Under the pieces are notes generated by a model that was not told where the DNA came from, did no database searches, and worked only from the letters and a program-made list of their open reading frames with translations. This document shows positions 45,758-55,199 of a DNA stretch of 64,000 bases, piece after piece. A program made the position numbers and the translations under genes. Each line of letters opens with the position of its first letter. Position 1 is the first letter of the stretch. This stretch comes from Parcubacteria group bacterium Gr01-1014_8 (lineage in GTDB: Bacteria > Patescibacteriota > Minisyncoccia > Phycocordibacterales > UBA2100): assembly GCA_007376385.1 (NCBI GenBank), contig VMGC01000001.1, forward strand, positions 1-64,000. The letters run 5' to 3'.

Positions 45758-46477
45758 TCAAATAGATTTTTTCCTTGCTGTGGATACGCGCGCGGCAAGC
45801 GCTAGTTCTGCGTACGGAATATCATCGGGACTCGTAATATGAAGTCGGAATGAGATCTCGACAGCAGTTAATGGAATTTTGAATGCCTTTGATGCAGCTA
45901 ACATTGTCTGCGGCAAGCCGTACTCCGTACGACCTTCTAAGAGCACTGGTTCTATTTCGAAAATGCGCGTATCAAGAACGTACAGCCCGACGCCCCCTAC
46001 ACCAGGCCCCCTCGTGTGCTTATCGGCCTCGATGATCTCCGTGATAGTGCCATTGGCATCGATATGCACGCTTGATGACATGTCTAATTCGGGCATGTGC
46101 ATTACGGCGAGAGCCCATTCTTGCTCAATACATTTTCTAACGTCTTCTTTTGTATGAATATCGTCCGCATTGGTCGCAAGAAATTTTCCTTTCAGAATTC
46201 CCTTTGCCTGCAAAAGTGCATCCATAGTTCCCCCCACGGGATTCTCTTGCTCAACGTACGTAATTTTCCTTCCGTTATAGGAATTGCCAAATTGCGCTCG
46301 TATCAATTCTTGCAAGTATCCGACGATGAGTATGACCTCGTCAACTTGATCAGGCAACGCATCAAATTTGTGCTCCAAAAGTGTCTTTCCAGATACTCGA
46401 AGGAGCGGCTTTGGGATATTTTTTGTTTTCTCCCCCATCCGAGTACCCCGACCGGCAGCGAGAATGACAGCCTGCAT
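45758..46477 (-). CDS. sugar-phosphate nucleotidyltransferase (NTP-transferase domain)
   Basis: MQAVILAAGRGTRMGEKTKNIPKPLL is the GxGxR nucleotidyltransferase P-loop. Confidence 0.8.
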   Translation of the reverse strand: MQAVILAAGRGTRMGEKTKNIPKPLLRVSGKTLLEHKFDALPDQVDEVILIVGYLQELIRAQFGNSYNGRKITYVEQENPVGGTMDALLQAKGILKGKFLATNADDIHTKEDVRKCIEQEWALAVMHMPELDMSSSVHIDANGTITEIIEADKHTRGPGVGGVGLYVLDTRIFEIEPVLLEGRTEYGLPQTMLAASKAFKIPLTAVEISFRLHITSPDDIPYAELALAARVSTARKKSI

Positions 46478-46612
46478 ACGTACAGTCTATCCGAGTGCTT
46501 CAATTGCAGGAAGCATTCCTTTCCCCGCATCGACCTTTGGCTTGGCCAAAAATCCTAAATATTTTCGATATCGTTGACAAGACATAGCTGGTTCATGGGG
46601 CAGGCATTTATC

Positions 46613-47752
46613 TCAACCAAGCGCCTCAATAGCAGGCAGAGTACCCTTGAGCAAGTATTCCAACATCGCTCCACCTCCAGTCGAAAGAAAACCCAAATTC
46701 TCTTGTTTTATGCCGGCACCCTCTATTGCTGCTATGGTATCTCCCCCACCTATCACAACTGATGCTCCATCCGCAAATCTTTTCGCCGTTAACGCCGCAA
46801 CAGCGTGTGTCCACGACGTGTAGCCGTCCTCATACAATCCCGTAGGCCCATTCCAGAGAATGAAATTAGCTTTCTCGATGTATGGAGCAATAAGCGCGAG
46901 AGAATCGGGTCCGATATCAACGATTTTGTCGCCATCCTCGACTTGTTCAGGTTTTTTTGTTTGCGCCTGACCATCTTCTCGTTCGACAACGACATCAACC
47001 GGGGCAAGAAAACCAGGATGACTCAAAACTTCTTTTTCGGGCAATTGCGCTGAAATCCGAGACCGCCCAACCGGCAAGCCTCGCGCCTTGAATACATCGT
47101 TGGCAAGCGCTCCGGTAATGAATACATGATCGTATGTCTGCAGAAGTAACTTGATGAGAGGAGCCTTCGTTTCAAATTTTGCCCCCCCGAGAATCGCAAA
47201 CGATGGTCTTGTCGGCGTGCGAGCCTTCCTCAGAACTTCCAATTCCTCTTCGACAAGAAGCCCCGCATATGAGGGCATGAATTTCGGAACGCTGACGAGC
47301 GACGCATGCACACGGTGGTCGACGGCAAACGAGTCGTTCACATATATGTCAGCAAGAGATGCAAGTTCCTTTGCAAGCGACTCGTCGTTCTTTTTTTCGC
47401 GCGGATCACGGCGAATATTCTCAAGAAGGAGCACGTCTCCTTCCTTCATCTCCGCGATCGCTTCGCGAGCCGCATTACCAACAATATCTGGAACATAAAA
47501 TAAAGAAAAATGTTTCTTCATTGCACGGGCAACCGGTGCCATCGAATCTTCAATATCATTGCCAATATGAGAAAGCAAGATGACTTTCGCACCTTTTTCC
47601 GAAAGGTATTGGATCGTCTGCCATCCGCGCTTTGCACGAAAAAGATTGGAGACCTCGCCCGCTGCATCAAGCGGAAGGTTAAGATCTGTGCGCACCAAAA
47701 CGCGCTTTCCTTTCAATTCGCCCTGAGGAATATCGTTGACGGTTTTCATCAT
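46613..47752 (-). CDS. pgk: phosphoglycerate kinase
   Basis: VLVRTDLNLP ... hinge and C-terminal GGGA(M/S)LEYL motifs. 379 aa. Confidence 0.95.
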   Translation of the reverse strand: MMKTVNDIPQGELKGKRVLVRTDLNLPLDAAGEVSNLFRAKRGWQTIQYLSEKGAKVILLSHIGNDIEDSMAPVARAMKKHFSLFYVPDIVGNAAREAIAEMKEGDVLLLENIRRDPREKKNDESLAKELASLADIYVNDSFAVDHRVHASLVSVPKFMPSYAGLLVEEELEVLRKARTPTRPSFAILGGAKFETKAPLIKLLLQTYDHVFITGALANDVFKARGLPVGRSRISAQLPEKEVLSHPGFLAPVDVVVEREDGQAQTKKPEQVEDGDKIVDIGPDSLALIAPYIEKANFILWNGPTGLYEDGYTSWTHAVAALTAKRFADGASVVIGGGDTIAAIEGAGIKQENLGFLSTGGGAMLEYLLKGTLPAIEALG

Positions 47753-48501
47753 GAATTTCCAACTGCTTGTAATAGATGCGCAAATTCTACCGCGTTGATG
47801 CTGGCGCGCCCCACAAGAAGTCCGTGAACATCACCATCTTGAAGCATCGCTCCGGCGTTCGTGGCATCAATGGAACCCCCGTAAAGAATTTTCATCTTAT
47901 GTCCCTCTTGCCCGTATGAATCCACGATGGTTTTTCTGATGAAAATCGACATTTCGTGCATGCTGCGCGGGTCCATTGTTTTATCCGTACCGATCGTCCA
48001 GAGCGGTTCGTACACAATGACCACTTTTCCCAATTTTATGGCAGGGACATCAGTGAACGCAACGCGGATCTGTTCGGCAATAAGCGGAAAATAATCGCCG
48101 CTTGCAGTTCTCTTGGTTTCCCCGACGCACAGAACCGGTATGAGACCGTTTGCAAGCGCAGCGCCGACTTTCTGTCTCGTATCGTCATTTGTTTCTCCTC
48201 GTGCCCGTCGTTCCGCATGCCCGATAAGTACGTACCCCGCTTTTGCATCACGCACTTGTTGTATCGAAATCTCTCCCGTATGTGCCCCGCCTTCCTCAAA
48301 ATGTGCGTGCTGAGCAGCAAAGAGAATACGCCGCGAGCGTGATAAACGCCTCAATTCTCGCAAAAAAAGAGACGGCGGAGCTACGACAAGGGATACATTG
48401 GCTTTTTCTGCGGATTTCTTGGTCGCTTCGAGCAGCAATTTTGCTTCGCGAAACGTCGGTGGGTTCATCTTCCAATTCGCGATCACCAGACACTTCGACA
48501 T
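47749..48501 (-). CDS. tpiA: triosephosphate isomerase
   Basis: MSKCLVIANWKMN ... IGHAERR ... GETxxTxxxG. 4-nt ATGA overlap with pgk. The ORF extends to 48612, but the canonical start is 48501. Confidence 0.9.
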   Translation of the reverse strand: MSKCLVIANWKMNPPTFREAKLLLEATKKSAEKANVSLVVAPPSLFLRELRRLSRSRRILFAAQHAHFEEGGAHTGEISIQQVRDAKAGYVLIGHAERRARGETNDDTRQKVGAALANGLIPVLCVGETKRTASGDYFPLIAEQIRVAFTDVPAIKLGKVVIVYEPLWTIGTDKTMDPRSMHEMSIFIRKTIVDSYGQEGHKMKILYGGSIDATNAGAMLQDGDVHGLLVGRASINAVEFAHLLQAVGNS

Positions 48502-48683
48502 GCGAAGGATTGTAGCATGCGACACTTCACTTACTTCGCTACGTGACATGAGTTCGAAAGGGGCCGGGAAAACTACAGTTTTCCCGTCGAGAAGAGCAGC
48601 GAGTCCGCACATGTGGCGGACGGGCGTTGAGAACCTTCGGTTCTCAATGTGAAATTCCGCAGGTAAATCCGTGGAATTTTACA

Positions 48684-49601
48684 TTATCCCCCGAAAAGTA
48701 TGGTATCCGATATTGTGCGTGTTTTTTGCTTCAAAAACTCAGCTACAGCTGTGAAGAGAATTGCCTGCACGTCCTCTGCACCTGCAGTAAGAGCGGACAA
48801 TTCTTTGTCAACGACCCCGTCTATTTCTGCTGCAAGAGAGCGCGCTGAAAAGTATTTCCGTATGAAAAAACGGTACCACGGAAGACGTACTCGAACTCTC
48901 TCCTCTGATGTCGCGGCTGCACCCACCACCTCTACCCGCACTGGGAACGAGAACGGGATAATAGCAAACAACGCGCCGCGACTGCGATATGTGATCTCAA
49001 ATCGGGATGCGGAGAGAGCGGCTTTCTCAAGCTGCGCGTCGTCGCCCGCAAGTTCTGCTGCAATGAGCGCATAGTACTGGCCAGTTGATAACTTGCCGCC
49101 ATCAATTTTTTCCTTCGCGCGGCCCCTCAATCCTTTCCAAAATTTCAAGATATCGCGTATGTCAGCATTGCCTTGTATCGCCGCCCGGACTTTTTTTCCG
49201 TCGATGGTTACGCTAAAACCGCCTATCGTTCCTCCGCCAATTTTATACTCGTCGCCTGAATCAGTGACCGTGATCGCCCCTTGCTCTACGAGCGTGTTCA
49301 CTACATCCCCTTCCGTCTCGACGATCGGGCCTGGCAGAGGAGACTCCGGGTTACTTTGTGAGTTTTCTTCAGTTTGCTCTTTCTGGTCGATCGGTGTCTC
49401 AGGCAGAGGTTCTTCGTCCGGATTTTGGTTCAGATTCTGTGTTGCACTCCCGCTTCCGGCGGGAACTTCGCTGGTAAGGTCGAGGATTTCTCCTTTTTTC
49501 AAAAAATATTGGTCATTGAACTGGTCCGCAGAAGCGACGCCTGCATTGAATATCAAAAAAAGAAGTAAAAAACAAAAAAATACCCGCATAAAATGCTGTA
49601 G
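48684..49601 (-). CDS. hypothetical secreted protein at the distal end of the pilus cluster
   Basis: Signal peptide MLQHFMRVFFCFLLLFLIFNAGVASA, acidic low-complexity linker, then a globular region. No named domain. Confidence 0.55.
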   Translation of the reverse strand, partial: LQHFMRVFFCFLLLFLIFNAGVASADQFNDQYFLKKGEILDLTSEVPAGSGSATQNLNQNPDEEPLPETPIDQKEQTEENSQSNPESPLPGPIVETEGDVVNTLVEQGAITVTDSGDEYKIGGGTIGGFSVTIDGKKVRAAIQGNADIRDILKFWKGLRGRAKEKIDGGKLSTGQYYALIAAELAGDDAQLEKAALSASRFEITYRSRGALFAIIPFSFPVRVEVVGAAATSEERVRVRLPWYRFFIRKYFSARSLAAEIDGVVDKELSALTAGAEDVQAILFTAVAEFLKQKTRTISDTILFGG

Positions 49602-49615
49602 CATGCGCGAAAATC

Positions 49616-51112
49616 CTATTGCTCTCTCCATAATACAAATTTGTAGTCGGCCGATGCAGATGGAGTAAAAGGCGGTGGTGCGAATGCGAGTATTCGATCG
49701 TAGTTGTCTATACGAAGGTTGTACCCGGAACAATACACGCCCGGGGAACCACAGAGCCATTTGGTGCCGACGCGTTTGTTGGAGATGACCGAGCCATTTG
49801 TCGTGAGTTGTGATTGCTGTACATATCCATCGTATGCCGAAGGTACTTGGTTCGAGCCCGACGTCGTGTAGTAGTTGCGGCCAAATAGCCCCCCTTGCGC
49901 GACAAAAATGCCACGGATCGTCATCTGGTCCGGCGAAACAAGCGGCACGAGAATAGAATCCTCAGCAATGACCGTGAGCCCGGTCGATCCATCTGCTGTC
50001 GCATAATTAACGTTGTTATTCAGAATAACACTCGGCGCGTACGCACCAGTATCTGCCGTAACAATTGTTATTTTTCCTGACACCGTTCCTTCTATCCATG
50101 TTTTTGCGCTGACAAAAATAACCGCGCAATCCGACGGCGGCGTAAATGTGCCGAGTGAAACTTGTGTGGAAATGATGTCGTAATTCATATACCACGTCGG
50201 CGAGTGCCCTCCGTTATACCCCCACACACCTGAAGTACCAGTAACGCGATAGATAGTGACAGTTCCGTTTGAATTGAACACAAGCCTGTATCCGCGCTGA
50301 TCAGAAGCAGCCACTGATGAATAGGTTCCTCCTTGTTGCACATTATCAACTCGCGTGGTTGTGCCGCTGAGCAGTATTCCATCGAGTTGCGCGTAGCCGC
50401 GAAGCGCGCTGAAGTTTGAGCCGATGCCTTCAAAACTTACCTGGGGAACGGGATAACTCCAGAGCGGACTTCCGGTCCCCGCGCCAAATACGCCCGCCGC
50501 ATTATTATTTGTCGGGGAACATCCGAAACTTGCACCACATATCCATGTCGAAACCGAACTTGTGACATCGGAATTATTTGTTCCGTCCATTCTCACGCCG
50601 CCGTTCGAATGATACGGACCCGTGATATTTCTGTCTGATCCCGCCCAGACATTTTGATTCACAATGTGTGAATACTCCGCGACTGAAGGTCGCATATAAC
50701 GCGCAATAAGTGTGCGTTTAAAGACCGGGTTTTGGTCAGCCCTGCCTTCCGATGCGATGTTTGCGTACTGCGGTACGCCGCAGGCAGTATTCAACGTTGT
50801 CGTAACTGCCGCTTCTCCTACCCGCCCACCCTCTGGATCTTCGACGACATACGTAACTGGCGTTTCAAGGCCGGCGCCGGATAGCATGACATTTGGCGTG
50901 TGCACAAGAAACCATCGATAATACTCAAGTCCTGCTTCTGCTATTTGAATTGCCTGTTCCCGTGCGAACAATGCGCGTCCGTACTTGGCCTGCATGAAGC
51001 TGTAGCTCGTTATTGTTCCCAAAATAAGCGCAAAAATACCCATGTATGCAACAACTAGAATGATGGTCACTCCTCGCGACGCACTCCCTTCGTGTTTCTT
51101 TTTTCTGTTCAT
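49616..51112 (-). CDS. PilX-like / large pilus-associated protein with N-terminal TM anchor
   Basis: MNRKKKHEGSASRGVTIILVVAYMGIFALILGTI resembles the PilX_N anchor. 498 aa extracellular body. Directly downstream of two prepilin-type genes. Confidence 0.6.
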   Translation of the reverse strand: MNRKKKHEGSASRGVTIILVVAYMGIFALILGTITSYSFMQAKYGRALFAREQAIQIAEAGLEYYRWFLVHTPNVMLSGAGLETPVTYVVEDPEGGRVGEAAVTTTLNTACGVPQYANIASEGRADQNPVFKRTLIARYMRPSVAEYSHIVNQNVWAGSDRNITGPYHSNGGVRMDGTNNSDVTSSVSTWICGASFGCSPTNNNAAGVFGAGTGSPLWSYPVPQVSFEGIGSNFSALRGYAQLDGILLSGTTTRVDNVQQGGTYSSVAASDQRGYRLVFNSNGTVTIYRVTGTSGVWGYNGGHSPTWYMNYDIISTQVSLGTFTPPSDCAVIFVSAKTWIEGTVSGKITIVTADTGAYAPSVILNNNVNYATADGSTGLTVIAEDSILVPLVSPDQMTIRGIFVAQGGLFGRNYYTTSGSNQVPSAYDGYVQQSQLTTNGSVISNKRVGTKWLCGSPGVYCSGYNLRIDNYDRILAFAPPPFTPSASADYKFVLWREQ

Positions 51113-51115
51113 AGT

Positions 51116-51700
51116 CTATTTCAAGTTCCTAAGCGCCGCGGTCGAGCGAAGTGTTAATTGGTTCGGCAACCGATTTGGATCAACGTTCACAATAACGTTC
51201 ATGGTAATGAAACGCACATACGCTATCTGAGCAAAATTTGTTATCTCTGCACCGTTCATATCGTAGTATTGGAATGTCGTTGTCGCTTGCTCGATGTTAC
51301 GAACTGTCTCAGAAATTACCGATGTCGTTTGGGCTGCACCGTACACAGGAGGATCACCCGTGGGGTCTGTTACGTCACGAAGCAATGAAATGCCTTGCAC
51401 ATAGTATCGCACTCTCTCAATAAGCGGATCTGAATCGATGTCAGCGTAAAACGTAACCTCCTGGGGGCCAACCGCGGCAACAGGATATGCGCCATTTGAC
51501 GCATAGGATATCTCTCGCATCGTTTTCACCATCTCTTCGATGCCGCGCTGCGCTGCATTTACAGCGCTTGCTTGTTCTATAACGTATGTATTCGTGCGAT
51601 AGAAGTAAAGTACCGATGAAACAATGGCGAGCATCGCGAACGTAAAGACAGTAATGGATACCAACACTTCAATAAATGTGATGCCGCGTGAGTAGTTCAT
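51116..51700 (-). CDS. type IV pseudopilin (prepilin-type N-terminal cleavage/methylation domain)
   Basis: MNYSRG|ITFIEVLVSITVFTFAMLAIV: a G|(F/I)T(L/F)IE class III signal with Glu at +5. Confidence 0.8.
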   Translation of the reverse strand: MNYSRGITFIEVLVSITVFTFAMLAIVSSVLYFYRTNTYVIEQASAVNAAQRGIEEMVKTMREISYASNGAYPVAAVGPQEVTFYADIDSDPLIERVRYYVQGISLLRDVTDPTGDPPVYGAAQTTSVISETVRNIEQATTTFQYYDMNGAEITNFAQIAYVRFITMNVIVNVDPNRLPNQLTLRSTAALRNLK

Positions 51701-51701
51701 A

Positions 51702-53906
51702 CTAATTTAATACGGGAGACAGCCGCGAGGTGCCTGAAACGTCGACGTCGGTTGCTGTGTACGGCTGGAATCCGGCAGCTGTTATGTCTATTGAATATGG
51801 GTTACCGCCGCCCACCGAACCACTCGAAAGTTCGATGAAAAAGGCCTGCCCGCAGGAGTCGGTGGTCATCGTGACGTTGTATCCGAGAGAGCGATATAAG
51901 CGCACTGTCGCGTTTGCTATGAGTCCGCCGTTGCCACGAACATCGACGAGCAGCGAGTTTGTCGTGTGCGGCGCAAGAATAAGTTTCGTTGTTGCATATT
52001 CATTCGGTGCAAGGCTCTCCGGCTGCGGCGCACACGAGGAAGCGATGTCATAACCCGTCGAAGCATCCACCGTTGTCGTGTACGTGTCCCATTCGAGATT
52101 GCCGATACCGACGCCTGCCGTCGGACCCGTAGAAAGGGTTGTCGTCGAATACTTATAGAATGTGCCTCCTGGGCCATTCCCTATTGATTTATTACCTTGA
52201 AGACCAAATGTAATGTTTGGAAGAGGAAGAGGTCCCACGTCATGTGTGACTTCCCACGAAAGAACTTCCGGCGTCTCGCTTTCGTTTGCCGTGCCAAGTG
52301 ACGCATGTAAAGAAACACCTGGGTACGTTGTCGTTGAAATACCCGAAATGTCTACCGGCGATAGGCTGAATCCGGAACTATTACCCGGCAGTTCGGAGTC
52401 CGGAATGAGCGAGCTGCCGTCACTGGAGTACAGACGATAGGCAATGTTTGTCTGCGCCGGTCTCGTATCGACAAAGCGGAGTTGCTTCCACCGCACCAGA
52501 TATTGCGGTGCGATGGCTATCGAGCGCGCTTCGCCCGGAGTTGAATATGGTCCGGGCGCACCGACCAATCGCAAAAGTCCTACAGCAACTTCTGTGTTCG
52601 TGGTGGTAGCAATTTGAGAAGCATCCGCAAACGTATCCGTCGTTGTTGATGTCTTTATTTGCTCGAATGTTTGTACATTTTTTATAGAAACCAGATCGAT
52701 AGAGAATGGAAACGAGGTCGTTTGGTTAAGAGCGACTGTCAGATGCCCTGGCGTCGGATTGGTAATTTCTGCCGTTGCATCGTATGTCTGCGAAGTTGAG
52801 TAACCACTTTTTGTGACCACAATCTTGTAGCCAGCGCTGGCTGGAGCTCCGATGATCGTAACAAGTCCATCATTATCGGAAAAAAGAAGCATGTTTACGA
52901 CCGGATTGGTCGTGGCATTGATGACGGTAACCTGTGCATTCGCGACTGGCGCAGATGCTGCGTCCAAGATTGAAAGAGCGAGAGTCCCGCCCGGTACTGC
53001 TTGTTCAATGCCTACCGGCGAGACTCGTGTCGTCAACGCGACTTTTCGCAACCCGCCATTGTGCGCAGACCATGAAACCTCTGTCTTAACCACTTTAAAG
53101 TCCGCTGGATTCGCATTCGTGTCGGCGGCGCCTGTACCGTCCTTCGGATCATCTCCATACAAAATTATGGTACGGCGAATATATGAGATGCCATTCAATG
53201 TTGCTGTCTCCGTCGCCACGATCGCGCCAGATGGAATTCCCCCAACCGTGCCAACAGAATCGTAGGGTAAGCTGCGAATGAATTCTTGCCGTTCGTTCGC
53301 AAGAGCTATCGCCCCCGCACGGGCCTTGTTATTCGTGACAACATCGACTGAAAGCTGAAACGCACCGGAGATACCGACAAATACGAGCATGAGAAGCGCC
53401 GTGCCAACGATGGTATCGATGAGCGTCACGCCGCGCGATTGGCGGTGTTCACGTCGTCTTGAATACATTTCTGGAATGGTTCTTGTTATCACATGTTTTA
53501 ACGAGTCAGTCGTCGGCATAAATACGCCTTTCGGAAGATATATCCGCCATTGTGAATACCCGGGAACCTCGTTCCATCCATGCATCGCAGGAATCTTTTC
53601 GGCCCCCCTGTGCTCTTCGTCCATATGTAAATATAGCAGCCCCGGTTTCTTCGGTGTGGCAGACTCCAAAAGACGATTGGTTTTTTCCATCATCAGAGGA
53701 AACATGCCCCTTCTCTGGAACTCCGGATAAACCATAGTTTGCTCGGAATAGTAATAGCCATCCAAAGAATCAAACTCGCGATATGCAACAGGTATATTGT
53801 CAGATTTTGTGCGCCAGTCGATTCGCCAACCATCTTTTGTATTGCTGATGATTTCTTTCAACTCTGGCAAAGGCTCTTTGCCCGGATGAATCGTCTCGTC
53901 GCTCAT
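51702..53906 (-). CDS. large prepilin-type protein with an about 146-aa GNAT-like N-terminal extension preceding the prepilin cleavage motif
   Basis: ...MYSRRREHRQSRG|VTLIDTIVGTALLMLVFVGI is a class III prepilin signal at residues about 147-175. Upstream VYPEFQRRGMFPLMMEKTNRLL resembles GNAT motif A (Q/R-x-x-G-x-G/A). No stop between. The ORF start lies 3 nt after the pilC stop. Confidence 0.65.
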   Translation of the reverse strand: MSDETIHPGKEPLPELKEIISNTKDGWRIDWRTKSDNIPVAYREFDSLDGYYYSEQTMVYPEFQRRGMFPLMMEKTNRLLESATPKKPGLLYLHMDEEHRGAEKIPAMHGWNEVPGYSQWRIYLPKGVFMPTTDSLKHVITRTIPEMYSRRREHRQSRGVTLIDTIVGTALLMLVFVGISGAFQLSVDVVTNNKARAGAIALANERQEFIRSLPYDSVGTVGGIPSGAIVATETATLNGISYIRRTIILYGDDPKDGTGAADTNANPADFKVVKTEVSWSAHNGGLRKVALTTRVSPVGIEQAVPGGTLALSILDAASAPVANAQVTVINATTNPVVNMLLFSDNDGLVTIIGAPASAGYKIVVTKSGYSTSQTYDATAEITNPTPGHLTVALNQTTSFPFSIDLVSIKNVQTFEQIKTSTTTDTFADASQIATTTNTEVAVGLLRLVGAPGPYSTPGEARSIAIAPQYLVRWKQLRFVDTRPAQTNIAYRLYSSDGSSLIPDSELPGNSSGFSLSPVDISGISTTTYPGVSLHASLGTANESETPEVLSWEVTHDVGPLPLPNITFGLQGNKSIGNGPGGTFYKYSTTTLSTGPTAGVGIGNLEWDTYTTTVDASTGYDIASSCAPQPESLAPNEYATTKLILAPHTTNSLLVDVRGNGGLIANATVRLYRSLGYNVTMTTDSCGQAFFIELSSGSVGGGNPYSIDITAAGFQPYTATDVDVSGTSRLSPVLN

Positions 53907-53908
53907 AT

Positions 53909-55126
53909 TTAGATGACTTCCGACAGTTGGTAGATAGGAGAGATCATCGAGACCGCGAAAAATCCGACTGCGCCGCCGATGAAAATCATCAGGAACGGCT
54001 CGATGATCGTCGACATATCTTTCGTCTTTCTATCGACCTCATCCTCATAATAGATGGCGAGACGCTTTAACATTTCCGTCAGTTGTCCTGTCTCTTCCCC
54101 GACCGACATCATCTCCCCCACAAATGCCGGATACATGTCCTCGCGCCGTGTAAATTCTGCGGAAAGGGGCTCTCCTTTTCCAACGGCCGCCTTTGCCTTC
54201 TGAACTATGTCCTTGAAGTAACCGTTCTGGATAACGTCACTCACGATATCGAGCGACGTTAAGAGGTCAACACCAGACGAGAGGAGCGATGCAAGCGTCC
54301 GCGAGGTACGTGCGGCATTCACTTCTCGAACTAATACCCCAATAAGGGGTACTTTCAAGAAAAACCAATCAGCAAAACGTTTTCCAACAACTGTATGAAC
54401 TGCAAAATAAATCGTGCCGACGAACAATACAACAAGCGCAAGCGCAAGCACCGTGTATTCCACAAGAAAATCACTGATAGCAATTATTGTCCTCGTCGAG
54501 GCCGGCAGATCTGCGCCCATTTCGGCGAATGTCGAGGCCAGCGTCGGTACGACTTTTATCATCATCAAGACGCCAATACCGACAATCGCAACAAGAACGA
54601 TCACTGGATAAATAAGCGCCCCGCGTATCTTCTTTTTGAGGTTGTACATCCTCTCCATCTGGTCGGCGATGACGGTGAGCGATTGAGGCAAGTCCCCCCC
54701 TTCTTCGCCAGCGCGAACCATCGCAATGAAAAGCTTCGAAAATATATACGGGAATTTTGCAAGCGCGGCATGCATCGCGTCCCCTCGCCGCACTTCGCTC
54801 GAGAGCTGCGAAATGACATTCGAGAGTTTTGGATTCCTCGTTTGGCGCTCCAGTACTGAAAGCGCTCGTGAGAGCGCAAGGCCTGCCGTGAGCATAGCGC
54901 CTAAATTTCTCGCAAACAGAATGCGTTCGTATTCCGTGACCGTAGAGATCTTCGCATTCCAGTAGGCGATACTGAGCCACTGATTCGCCCTGTCTTCATC
55001 CACAGAAATGATGCGCCCGCCTTCACGGCGCACGACGCTGTACAATTCGAAACGATCGCGCGCTTCTGCGACGCCCTTATAGACTTCGCCGTCCGGCTTT
55101 TCAGCAGTGTACGTAAACCGAGACAT
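53909..55126 (-). CDS. pilC: type IV pilus assembly platform protein PilC/GspF
   Basis: Two T2SSF repeats and three TM segments. 405 aa. Confidence 0.9.
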   Translation of the reverse strand: MSRFTYTAEKPDGEVYKGVAEARDRFELYSVVRREGGRIISVDEDRANQWLSIAYWNAKISTVTEYERILFARNLGAMLTAGLALSRALSVLERQTRNPKLSNVISQLSSEVRRGDAMHAALAKFPYIFSKLFIAMVRAGEEGGDLPQSLTVIADQMERMYNLKKKIRGALIYPVIVLVAIVGIGVLMMIKVVPTLASTFAEMGADLPASTRTIIAISDFLVEYTVLALALVVLFVGTIYFAVHTVVGKRFADWFFLKVPLIGVLVREVNAARTSRTLASLLSSGVDLLTSLDIVSDVIQNGYFKDIVQKAKAAVGKGEPLSAEFTRREDMYPAFVGEMMSVGEETGQLTEMLKRLAIYYEDEVDRKTKDMSTIIEPFLMIFIGGAVGFFAVSMISPIYQLSEVI

Positions 55127-55199
55127 TCATTCGATTATACCGTCTAAGCAACAGAAAGAAGCGCGTGCTGTACACAATCGCTCACTGTCACAACATGGA

